A DNA stretch of 64,000 nucleotides from Candidatus Terrybacteria bacterium RIFCSPHIGHO2_01_FULL_43_35 (GTDB lineage Bacteria > Patescibacteriota > Minisyncoccia > Terrybacterales > GWB1-40-14). The notes under the pieces were generated by a model. That model searched no databases, was not told the origin of the DNA, and worked only from the letters and a program-made list of their open reading frames with translations. Positions 48,775 through 58,600 of the stretch are shown here, in pieces (within the stretch, counting starts at the first letter, position 1; each line of letters begins with the position of its first letter). The stretch is taken from assembly GCA_001822815.1 (NCBI GenBank), contig MHSR01000013.1, forward strand, positions 149,093 through 213,092, in the 5' to 3' direction. Both the position numbers and the translations under genes were made by a program.

Positions 48775-49320
48775 TTGTCGGGGATGCTGATGGACGTACA
48801 TAATACTACTGGTAGTAAACAAGCAAGGTACATACAACATTCTTGCGGCAAAACAGTTGCCTATAGTGCCCAGGAACTTGTTTATCGCGTTACGTTGGGC
48901 AACCTCAATGCGAAAGGCACTCTTTATGGCGGTCATCCGCTTTTCATAGCCGATGGTTTTGCGGCAGAGATTGCATTACGTCATAGCGGTTTTGGATGCG
49001 ATACTCTTTTTGTGGATGGCGGGAAATTTTGGGCACCGGCTTATCTTGGGGATGTATTGATTTTTAAAGGTTCGGTTAACAGAGTCTGGGACTCTTCTTT
49101 GGAAGTAGGCGTACGCATTGTTGTGCGCCGGCCGGAAAGCGATCAAGAAGAGCATTTGTTCTCTGCCTACTTCACTTTTGTGGCTCTGGATGAAAACCGT
49201 AAACCTATTCAAGTTTGTACGGTTATCCCAGAGACCAAAGAAGAAAAAAGGCGTTTTAAAGAAGCTCAGCGTCGCAGGAATTACCGCCTGAAGCACAACA
49301 AGAAAAAGGCTTATACGTAA
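48775..49320 (+). CDS. hotdog-fold acyl-CoA thioesterase
   Basis: GTLYGGHPLFIADGFAAEIA 4HBT-like motif; Lys/Arg-rich tail. Confidence 0.55.
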   Translation: MSGMLMDVHNTTGSKQARYIQHSCGKTVAYSAQELVYRVTLGNLNAKGTLYGGHPLFIADGFAAEIALRHSGFGCDTLFVDGGKFWAPAYLGDVLIFKGSVNRVWDSSLEVGVRIVVRRPESDQEEHLFSAYFTFVALDENRKPIQVCTVIPETKEEKRRFKEAQRRRNYRLKHNKKKAYT

Positions 49321-49403
49321 AACCGCGTCTTATGCGCGGTTTTTAAATTAATAGATGGGCGGAAGCGTGTTATCATAATAAATGAATAATTAATAATATA
49401 AAT

Positions 49404-49592
49404 ATGGAAAATAAAATAAAATATGTGTGTACCGGCGGCTGCGGCGGTTCGGTCACAGAAGAAGAATATAATTCCGACAATACGGTTTGCGGAACGCTTA
49501 CGTGTCCAAAATACGGACAACCATTTGAGAAAAAGATATATTGCGTGGTTTGCGGACAGGAACTTACTGCGGGTGAAGTGCATCAACACTAG
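49404..49592 (+). CDS. small zinc-ribbon-like Cys-rich protein
   Basis: CTGGC...CGTLTC...CVVC; precedes ABC transporter genes. Confidence 0.35.
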   Translation: MENKIKYVCTGGCGGSVTEEEYNSDNTVCGTLTCPKYGQPFEKKIYCVVCGQELTAGEVHQH

Positions 49593-49609
49593 AACATCCT
49601 ACTTCGTAA

Positions 49610-50341
49610 ATGAAAAATCATACAGAAAATAAATTACATATCTGGCGAGTTACTCCGCATGCTATTTTCGCTTCATTCGCTATTGTGGGGGTTACTATTG
49701 CGCTGGTTGCGGTCACAATTTTATCAGGTATTTCGCCACATGAGTTATTTACCGGTCTTTTGGCCAGTTTCTTGAGAGTGTGCATCGCCTTCGTAATTTC
49801 TCTTGTTCTGGCAGTAGTTATAGGTATTTTGCTCACACGTAATACAAAGATTGAAAATTTTATATTGCCATTTTTGGATCTTATGCAAAGCTTCCCTAAT
49901 TTTGCGATATTACCCTTGATTTTGGTATGGTTTAGTTCCAAGACCCTTGCCGTAATAACCATCCTTATCATAACCATGATTTGGCCAATACTTTTTGCAG
50001 TAATAGGAGGAACAAAATCTTCACGTAACGATTTGGCGGAGGCGGCAACAGTTTTTGGCGCAAAAGGTTGGAGGCGGTGGCGGTATTTTTATATACCGAC
50101 GCTTTTCCCCGCCATCATTACCGGTTCAATAGTGGGTTGGGGAGAGGGTTGGGAGGCTGTGGTAGGCGCGGAGATTATTGCACGGGCCGGAGGCATAGGC
50201 ACTTCCATCGCGCATGCTACAGAAACTGGTCAGACGCAGTTATTTTTGACGCTTCTTGCACTTCTTCTTTTCGTGATATTCCTTTTCAATTCTTGGGTGT
50301 GGCTCGCATTGCTTAAGCGCTCAGCCAGATTCAATATATGA
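49610..50341 (+). CDS. ABC transporter permease (NitT/TauT-type, BPD_transp_1)
   Basis: 6 TM, EAA-like loop (DLAEAATVFGAKGWRRWRYFYIP). Confidence 0.8.
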   Translation: MKNHTENKLHIWRVTPHAIFASFAIVGVTIALVAVTILSGISPHELFTGLLASFLRVCIAFVISLVLAVVIGILLTRNTKIENFILPFLDLMQSFPNFAILPLILVWFSSKTLAVITILIITMIWPILFAVIGGTKSSRNDLAEAATVFGAKGWRRWRYFYIPTLFPAIITGSIVGWGEGWEAVVGAEIIARAGGIGTSIAHATETGQTQLFLTLLALLLFVIFLFNSWVWLALLKRSARFNI

Positions 50342-51078
50342 ACGATACAATTTTATCGGTCAAAAATCTTTCTTACGGATATGCTTCTGAAAGAGATAAC
50401 AGTTACGCCCTCCGAGACGTAAATTTTTCGGTTAAAAGGGGAGAATTTTTTGTGATCCTGGGGCCTTCGGGTTGCGGCAAATCCACATTGCTGCGTCTTA
50501 TAGCAGGATTGATGCCAATACAAGACGGATCCATAATTTTTGATCCCCCGACCATGGCCGAACGTCGTTCTATGGTTTTCCAGTCTTTTGCCATTTTCCC
50601 TTGGCTTACTGTTAAAGATAATATTCTTTTCGGCTTGAATATGCACGGCATGAATCAAGATGAACAGGATAAAGTCGCAGATTTTTACGTAAAAGAATTG
50701 GGTTTGGATGGTTTTGGCGAACATTATCCAGCAGATTTATCTGGTGGTATGCGTCAAAGGGTGGGGTTAGCCAGGGCCTTGGCAATTGATCCGGAAGTTC
50801 TTTTGATGGACGAACCATTTTCGCAACTGGACTCATTTACCGCAGCAAGGTTGCGCAAAGATGTTCTTGATATATGGGCGCGAGAACACATGACAGTTAT
50901 AATGGTTACTCATCTAATAGAAGAAGCTATAGAGCTTGCCGACCGCATATTAGTGATGACGGCGCGACCAGGGACGGTTGAATCTATTGTTGAAAATACC
51001 GTTTCTCGTCCGCGCAACGATCGCATGCCCGAATTCTGGAAAATAGAAGATTTGTTGACCGAAATGGTCAAGTTCTAA
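50338..51078 (+). CDS. ABC transporter ATP-binding protein (NitT/TauT family)
   Basis: Walker A GPSGCGKST, signature LSGGMRQRV, Walker B LLMDEPFSQLD; ATGA overlap with permease. Confidence 0.9.
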   Translation: MNDTILSVKNLSYGYASERDNSYALRDVNFSVKRGEFFVILGPSGCGKSTLLRLIAGLMPIQDGSIIFDPPTMAERRSMVFQSFAIFPWLTVKDNILFGLNMHGMNQDEQDKVADFYVKELGLDGFGEHYPADLSGGMRQRVGLARALAIDPEVLLMDEPFSQLDSFTAARLRKDVLDIWAREHMTVIMVTHLIEEAIELADRILVMTARPGTVESIVENTVSRPRNDRMPEFWKIEDLLTEMVKF

Positions 51079-51246
51079 AAGATTCCACTGTAGGCTTACC
51101 CACCGAAATCCAACAGTAAAGCGTATACTTTCTCATAAGAATAGATAGCAACCATTTAAAAAAGTTAATTTGACAGCAATTTGGGTTAATGATAAGCTTG
51201 GGTGAGGTTTTGTTTTTTTGCTAATTAATCTTAATTTAAAATTTTT

Positions 51247-52017
51247 ATGGAAGGCTCAAAAGAAATAAAGTTTCAAGTTCCAAATATAAATTTTAACCTG
51301 TCAACACCAGGCGCTATAATTCTCGGCGCCTGTATAATTGCTGGCACGATCTTATATACGGGTAGCGGGGCCAATTTGCGATATTTGGCTCGCCTTAGCA
51401 ATGCGCCTGCGATACAAGATGTCGGCAATCAGCCGAGCCAAGCCGTCAAGGATAATGGAGCCGCAGATTCCGGTCAGAAAGCGAATGTAACGCTCGGCGA
51501 TCTGCCATACCTTGGAGATGCCAACGCGTCCGTTGAGGTTGTTGAGTGGGGAGATTTCCAATGCCCGTTCTGTAAGAGATTTTTTGATGACGTTGAGAGT
51601 AAACTCATAACCGATTACGTTAATACCGGTAAAATTAAGTTTGCTTTCCGCGACTTTGCTTTTCTAGGTCAGGAATCTAGCGATGCCGCAAACGCAGCGC
51701 GTTGCGCCAATGCCCAAGGTAAATTCTGGAACTACCACGATTATCTTTATACCAATCAGGGCGGTGAGAACCAGGGGGAGTTTTCAAAAGCTAATCTTAA
51801 GCAATTCGCTCAAACCATTGGTTTGAATAGCGCCCAATTTAATGCGTGCGTTGACGCCGATACTTATCAGGCACAGGTTGAAGCCGACAAATCCGCGGGC
51901 GATGAGGCAGGAGTTGCCGGAACACCAGCGACGTTTGTTAACGGGAAACTTATCAGCGGCGCGCAGCCATATTCGGTTTTCCAGCAAGCCATAAATGATG
52001 CGTTGGCTGGTCAGTAG
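51247..52017 (+). CDS. DsbA-like thiol:disulfide oxidoreductase (CPFC active site), membrane-anchored
   Basis: WGDFQCPFCKRF and thioredoxin fold; second DsbA paralog in window. Confidence 0.75.
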   Translation: MEGSKEIKFQVPNINFNLSTPGAIILGACIIAGTILYTGSGANLRYLARLSNAPAIQDVGNQPSQAVKDNGAADSGQKANVTLGDLPYLGDANASVEVVEWGDFQCPFCKRFFDDVESKLITDYVNTGKIKFAFRDFAFLGQESSDAANAARCANAQGKFWNYHDYLYTNQGGENQGEFSKANLKQFAQTIGLNSAQFNACVDADTYQAQVEADKSAGDEAGVAGTPATFVNGKLISGAQPYSVFQQAINDALAGQ

Positions 52018-52082
52018 ATCTTAAATTATGTTGCAAAGCCCCCTGGTTTGTAGCCAGAGGGTTTTTGTTTTGCGGTTAAGGT

Positions 52083-52625
52083 TTATGCGCCGTAAGAGGG
52101 ATATTGTTCGCTGCTACCCTCTTTTTGATTTAAATATCTTGCCATTACAAAAAGTAGGGACGAGACGCGATTTAGAAATTTTATCAATAATCCAGCGTCT
52201 TTTATTTTTGTTCCAACCACGGCCCTCTCGGCTCTTCGGACCACGGTCCGCGCAAGATGCATGCTGGTTACGGCGGCACTACCAGAAGGTAAAATAAAAG
52301 CTTTGAGTTGCGGTAAATCCGAATCGAATAGTTCAATAAAGGCTTCTATTTTGCCGATGTGATCCTGGCTGATTGTTTGGCTTTTGTTAGTCGTAGAATA
52401 TAAAGATGATACTTCGGCTCCAGCAGTAAAAAGAACATTTTGGAGATAAGCCAAGGCTTCAAGAATTTGCGGGTCTTTTGCGAATGAGGCAGTCAAACCA
52501 AGACAGGCGTTGGCCTCGTCAATTATACCCACGGCGTTTATCAACGGGTCGCTTTTTGATAATCTTTCCCCGCCCCATATTCCGGTTTCTCCGGTATCTC
52601 CCTTGCCCGTGAAAGCTCGCGACAT
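52083..52625 (-). CDS. PduO-type ATP:cob(I)alamin adenosyltransferase family protein
   Basis: MSRAFTGKGDTGETGIWGGERLSKSDP N-terminal signature. Confidence 0.7.
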   Translation of the reverse strand: MSRAFTGKGDTGETGIWGGERLSKSDPLINAVGIIDEANACLGLTASFAKDPQILEALAYLQNVLFTAGAEVSSLYSTTNKSQTISQDHIGKIEAFIELFDSDLPQLKAFILPSGSAAVTSMHLARTVVRRAERAVVGTKIKDAGLLIKFLNRVSSLLFVMARYLNQKEGSSEQYPSYGA

Positions 52626-52672
52626 ATTTTTTATTTAAAGATTCTCAAAAATTTTTATAATTGATGATTTTT

Positions 52673-53809
52673 CTATTTTTCTTCGTCAGACGAATCCCAT
52701 TCCGCCACCTGCACCGCTACATCTTTTTTACGATTTTCTCTTAGTATGGTTAAAATTATTGCTGTACCAACCTTTGCGCGCATTAAATGCGCGCCGAACG
52801 GTTCATGCTGGTTTATATTTTGACCATTGACCGCGACAATTACATCTCCCTTTCTTAAACCAGCCGTATCTGCCGGACTGCCCGGCGTTACGGCCTCTTC
52901 TTTATGACCGCGGCTTGATATCAATGCCCCGGCGTTAACACTAAGCCCTAATTCTCCTTTGATCATTTCGTTTATCGGCAGATACTTGATGCCAAGATAA
53001 GGCTTTCTTATATGACCAAAGCGTTTTAATTCTTCAAGATCTTTTATGGCCGTATCTATGGGGACGGCAAAAGATAAGCTTTGCGCTCCTACGATCATGG
53101 CGACGTTTATGCCTATTACTTCGCCATCCATATTTACCAGTGGGCCGCCTGAATTACCTGGATTTATGGCGGCATCAGTTTGTATAAGCCCAAAGAGCTC
53201 CTCGGCCCGGCCCTGGTCATCAAGCTGGGCCATGAGCGAGCGGGAAAGCCCGGATATTATTCCAGCAGAGGCGGTATTGGTGAATTGCCCATAGGCATTG
53301 CCTATGGCTATAACCTCTTCACCAAGTGCAAGTTTTTTGGCCGTTCCAAGGGGCGCCACAGGCAAATTTTTTGCATCTATCTTTATTATAGCCAAGTCGC
53401 CAGTGGGGTCCTTGGCTAGTATTTTTACAGGAAATTTTCTTTCATCTGGAAGGGTAACAAAATATTTTTCATGGATTCGACTTCGCTCACCATGACCTCT
53501 TCGAGCCCGAAGACTCTTCAGACGTTCGTCCCGAGGACTTAGTCCCGAGGGAGTCTGAACGGCCTGAGTCGAATCGAATGGTTCATCATCAGATACAACG
53601 TGTTTGTTGGTTAGAATAATTCCATCTTCAGATACGATAAAGCCGGAGCCGCCAGATGCCTCCAGCAAGGTTTCGTCATTTGTATTAATTCCCGCGTTTT
53701 CTCCACTAAGCACGTATTTTTCTTCGAATACTTTGCGGGGAGCGCTGGCAATAGACACAACTGCCGGTGCCACGCGTTCAATTGCTCGAGTTAAAGGTGA
53801 TTTAGTCAT
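52673..53809 (-). CDS. htrA: HtrA/DegP-family serine protease with PDZ domain, carrying ~45-aa insertion after catalytic His
   Basis: TNKHVV (His), D, GNSGGPLVN (Ser) triad motifs + PDZ; inserted segment encoded by repeat-like DNA 53466-53590. Confidence 0.85.
   Translation of the reverse strand: MTKSPLTRAIERVAPAVVSIASAPRKVFEEKYVLSGENAGINTNDETLLEASGGSGFIVSEDGIILTNKHVVSDDEPFDSTQAVQTPSGLSPRDERLKSLRARRGHGERSRIHEKYFVTLPDERKFPVKILAKDPTGDLAIIKIDAKNLPVAPLGTAKKLALGEEVIAIGNAYGQFTNTASAGIISGLSRSLMAQLDDQGRAEELFGLIQTDAAINPGNSGGPLVNMDGEVIGINVAMIVGAQSLSFAVPIDTAIKDLEELKRFGHIRKPYLGIKYLPINEMIKGELGLSVNAGALISSRGHKEEAVTPGSPADTAGLRKGDVIVAVNGQNINQHEPFGAHLMRAKVGTAIILTILRENRKKDVAVQVAEWDSSDEEK
53466..53590. repeat. 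copy B of palindromic repeat family, embedded in-frame in htrA
   Basis: reverse complement contains ctcaggccgttcagactc and ctgaagagtcttcgggctcgaagag matching copy A at 12560-12625; forward end cctgagtcgaatcgaatgg resembles copy C. Confidence 0.55.
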
Positions 53810-53812
53810 GTG

Positions 53813-53855
53813 CCGTCGTTGCCCGCGAGCTTGCTCGCGGTTGCAACGACGTGCA
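53813..53855. repeat. near-perfect nested 40-bp palindrome immediately upstream of htrA start
   Basis: cgtcgttgcccgcgagcttgctcgcggttgcaacgacg. Confidence 0.6.
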
Positions 53856-53889
53856 TCCTAAAGGAGCAAAGCGACGAGGGATTACCTTA

Positions 53890-54010
53890 ATTACATTTGC
53901 CCACGAGCAGTTCGGCAGGCTCACTGTAAACCGCGCGAGTAGTCCTGTATTACCGGATCCGAGCGACTTGTCCTGAGCCGAGTCGAAGGAATTCGAAGGA
54001 TTAAATTTAT
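53890..54010. repeat. copy C of palindromic repeat family (intergenic)
   Basis: gtcctgagccgagtcgaaggaattcgaagg resembles end of copy B. Confidence 0.45.
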
Positions 54011-54205
54011 TTTATCAGCATAATTCATAAAGCGGAAGTATTAACTCCTACGCCTATATGTGCGTGGGGTTGATCCCTTTAGAGATCTCGCCCGCGCTTG
54101 GCGCGCCCAAGGGGCCTAGAGGGGCGGGCTATCTCTAACAGGATTGACTTTTATTTAATAAATGATAAATAATACAAACCAGTTCTTTTCAGCAAAAGGA
54201 GCAGT

Positions 54206-54559
54206 ATGTCTAAAGGATTAACAAATAGCAACGACAAAGCATTGCCTTTTGAGCCCAATCTTGATGCCCAAGCTTCTTCGCACCGTTCATGGTATGTTCG
54301 TTGTTTCGTATGCCCTCAGGCCTACATGGGACTACATAGAGCCATAAATGTGTATGCCGATAGTTTTAAAATCGCAACCCAGTTAGTTGTTTTGTTTCTA
54401 GGCCGCGCGTACGTTGTTCCGGCCGGTCAAGAAGATAAATTTTCTATAGCTATCGGCGCATGTGATGAGCATGCTTCCAATCTTGATAAGTTGGTTGCGT
54501 TGACCCGGGACTCAAAGACAATTAATGCCGCTGTTGTGCGTGAGGCTCAAAACGCTTAA
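54206..54559 (+). CDS. hypothetical protein
   Basis: ORF only. Confidence 0.3.
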   Translation: MSKGLTNSNDKALPFEPNLDAQASSHRSWYVRCFVCPQAYMGLHRAINVYADSFKIATQLVVLFLGRAYVVPAGQEDKFSIAIGACDEHASNLDKLVALTRDSKTINAAVVREAQNA

Positions 54560-54810
54560 TTTTAAAAACGGCCAAATCATAAGCCGTTTTTATTTTTTGC
54601 TAAACTTAAGATATCGTTTAAATGTTTGTTGCTTGACGCCCTCAGCGCCTAATTGCTTTAGTGATGCGCGATTGGGCACACCTTTCTTCTATCATTGCGT
54701 AGTGTATCAGTAAAAAGAATTTAAATGAGATGATAAAAATAGATTAGAACTTAGGATTGCCTACTAGGCTATAGTAACTATTTCTATTCTGAATGTTATA
54801 ATGAGTTATT

Positions 54811-55436
54811 ATGCGGATTCATTCAGTGGACAAAATTAAAGAACTGAGAAAATTACGACGTAAAGGCCACAGCATCAATGAACTTGTTTCACTATGCGTC
54901 ATTCCAAAAACTACCGTATGGTATCATATCCATAATATTAAACTTTTGCCAAAATATGAAAAAACTTTAAAAGCTAAGATAGGAGGGAATACGCAACGCA
55001 AGCAAAAAAGATTAGAAGTAGCTAGAAAAAACGCAGCACAATTATTGAGGGGTTCAGATAGGGATTTATCAATTGCAATCGCAATGCTTTATTGGGGAGA
55101 GGGCAACAAAAAAGTTGCGAATTTATTAACTCAGATGGCTGTATGATACGAGTTTATTTGTTTATATTGAGGGAAGTATTCCGCATTCCCGAAGAATTTA
55201 TAAAACCAACAATGAGGATTTTTGATGGTATGGATAAAACGCAATGCTTACAGTATTGGGCCGATGTTACCAATATTCCTAAGAACAAATTTATTATCCG
55301 ATACAACGATGGTGGAACTAGAGGAAGAACAAAATACGGTATGTGCAGAATAACTGTTAGAAAAGGAAGTAATGTTTTAAAAGTAATTCATTCTTTGGTT
55401 GATCAGTTTTCTGATGAAATATTAAAAGCGACATAG
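54811..55436 (+). pseudogene. HTH-containing gene apparently split by a frameshift at an A6 run (~55110-55120); ORF pieces 54811-55146 and 55092-55436
   Basis: two overlapping ORFs in adjacent frames; HSINELVSLCVIPKTTVWYHI HTH-like; LYWGEGNKK / FINSDGC motifs faintly LAGLIDADG-like. Confidence 0.4.
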
Positions 55437-55445
55437 ATTTTGAAA

Positions 55446-55518
55446 GCCCTCGTAGCTCAACGGATTAGAGCGCTCCCGTCCTAAGGGATCGATCGGGGTT
55501 CAATTCCTCGCGAGGGCA
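55446..55518 (+). tRNA. tRNA-Arg (anticodon CCU), no encoded CCA
   Basis: manual cloverleaf: GCCCTCG acceptor, D stem GCTC/GAGC, anticodon loop GTCCTAA, T arm CGGGG-TTCAATT-CCTCG. Confidence 0.75.
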
Positions 55519-55690
55519 CAGTCTACATTTTTTAGCGAGGGACCGAGTGGCCCGGCTCGCAAGGGCGACCGATATACCTTGTTTTGCAAGGCATTTTTGT
55601 TTTATCTAGATTCGAATCCTGTTTTGCTGTGGGAATTGCCAAGTAGTATAGTGTAAGTAGTAGCATCACTATAATCATATATAATTATTC

Positions 55691-58600
55691 ATGAATAAAT
55701 TTTCTTTTTTATGTAAATGCGGCGCCATCCTTTTTGGCGTTTTTTTGTTCATTACAATACCAACTTTAGCGCATGCTAAAGATTTCGTAGAGGGAACAGG
55801 AACGCATTTTGAAATTCAAGGTAGCCAATATTTAGATGTTACTCTTGATAGCTCAGAAGAGGTTAAAGTTCGTTTAGATTCGGTGCCGCAAATGATTTTA
55901 TTGAATATAGAATCAACAAACGTATCTACTTCCACAAACATTATGCTCTCTGGTTTGGAGCCCAACCACACCTATTATAAATACCAAGATGATTATCACA
56001 ATCTCACCGAAGTCCTAACAGACGCTCAAGGCGCATATTCATACGCTCAAGACATTTCTATACCACGTTTTATTTTCATCCAACCAACCCCAGGCACCAA
56101 GTTTATAAGCGATAGCGCAACGGGCGGGGACTGCACAACTATTGGTAATTGGAATTCCGCGACTAAAACCTGCACGCTTACAGGCAACGTTAATCAAACT
56201 ATTCAAATTGATAGCGATGGCATAACATTGGATGGAGCCGGTTACGCAAATACGGGTTCAAATACTGGATTTGGAGTTTATGTTTATCAAAAATTAGATA
56301 TTACGATTAAAAACGTAACCCTTTCCGCATTTACCATTGGAATTTATGCCTTACGTTCTTCTTATAATCAGTTCATAAACAATATTTTTTCATATAATCA
56401 ATTTGGCATAGCTATGGATCTATCGACCAACGCCACGGTCGCCAATAACATTATGACCATAAATAATAGAGGTATCTATGCATTCGCGAATCCTGATAAT
56501 CCGACATCAGACCATATAATCTACGGCAATCACATCAGCGGTAGTATAATAGCCGGAATTCACCTGGCTTTTAATGCGGGGGACACGGTTTACAAGAACC
56601 ACATCGAAAATAATGATATTGGAATTTTTCTGCAATACTTTTCCGGGGTAGGCTCATATACTGTTTATAACAATAATTTTATTAATAATGTCTCTCAAGC
56701 GCTTAGTGTCGACGGCCAAACCGTTGCTAATCTCGATAAACCCATTGGGGGCAATTATTGGAGCGATTATGACGCTCCTGCTGAAGGTTGCAATGATGCA
56801 AACAGCGATAACTTTTGCGACGCGCCTTACATTTTCAACTACGGTCAGGATAATTTACCATGGATAATTCAAGACGGGTGGACCTTGCTACCAGAAACAG
56901 AAGTTGCCTTCAATAGCGCCTCATCAACCCCCAACGTACTTTTAAATGCCGAACCGGTTAATACTCTTTACGGTAATTATCTTCGCGCAGAAAATAACTT
57001 AAAAGTTCCTGGCTTGGGAGTAACCACTGAATTTTCTGCTTCATATAATTCACTTTCAGAAGAAGCAGGTTCGCTTGGCCACAAATGGACGCATAACTAT
57101 GCAATGCGTATTGATTTATATTCTGATGGCGTTGTCGTTGTAAATGAAGACGGCAGACAAGATGCATATGAAAAAAATGGCGGCATATATACTCCACGTC
57201 CGGGCATCTTTGATGCGCTCGTTAAGAATCAAGACGATTCATTCACGCTTACGCGCAAGAACCAAACCGTGTTTGAGTTTGATGCAGACGGCATCCTCGA
57301 AACTATCAGCGACAAGAACGGTAACACAACTACATTGGTGCATACAAGCGGTCTTTTAACCAGTGTTACGGATGCCGTGGGCCGTACCACCCAATTTACA
57401 TACGACACAGAAAATCGAATTATCACCGTTACTGACCCTGCCAACCAGCAATTCAATTATACGTACGACACAGCCGGGGACTTGGTTACGTTTACGAATC
57501 CTAATAGCGAAATAGCAACGTATTTCTATGACACAGACCACAACCTCACGAAAATAGTGGACGCCAACGGCCATACGGTTGTTGAAAATACATACCAGGA
57601 TGGTCAAGTTGTTTTGCAGAAAGACGGTTTGGGAAATCAAACCACATATTCTTACAGCACAACTCCAACCCGTAGTACATTAATTACTGATCCCAGAGGC
57701 GGTCAAACAACTCATATCTATGATGCTGACTTACGAATTGCAACAGTTATTGATGCTTTAGGTAATACAACCGCATATGAATATGACGCGAACAATAACC
57801 GTATAAGTATTACGGATGACAATAATCATGAAACTACATTTACATATGACGCCCACGGGAATGTCCTTACCATCACTGACCCGTTGAACAATACGACCAC
57901 GTTCACCTACGACAGTAAAAATAACGTGCTTACAGAAACAAACGCTCGTAATTTCACCACAACGTTTACTTATGACGCCAACAGCAACCTTCTTACGGTA
58001 ACGGATGCCTTAAGCGGCGTTACAATATTTACCTACAATACGCTTGGTCAGCTCATAGAAAAAGAAGACGCGCGTGGCAACAGCGCATTCTTTACTTACG
58101 ATACATACGGAAATGTAAACAAAATCACTGATGCATTAGGAAATGAAACGCATCTTACGTTTGATGTTTTGTCGCGCCTCACATCTATTACAGACGCATT
58201 AAATCATACTTCAAGTACAACGTATGACGCAGTTGGACGGTTGTTAACTACAACTGATCCGTTGAATAACACAACTACATTTGTATATGATGATGTTGGT
58301 AATCTTGTATCTGTTATAGACGCAAAAAGTCAAACAACTACTTATTTATACGACGCTAATAACCGTCTTACGCAAGTTACAGATGCCGTAAGTGGCATAA
58401 CCACATATAGTTATGACGCTACTAATAACCGCACGGCTGTACATGACGCAAATAACAACACAACGAATTATGAATATAGCTTGGTTAATAAACTCACTAA
58501 ACAAATTGATGCCCTAAGCGCGCAAACTCAATATCAGTACGATGGAGTAGGTAATGTTACGAGCTATATAAATGCCAACGGTCAGACAGTTGGTTTTGCC

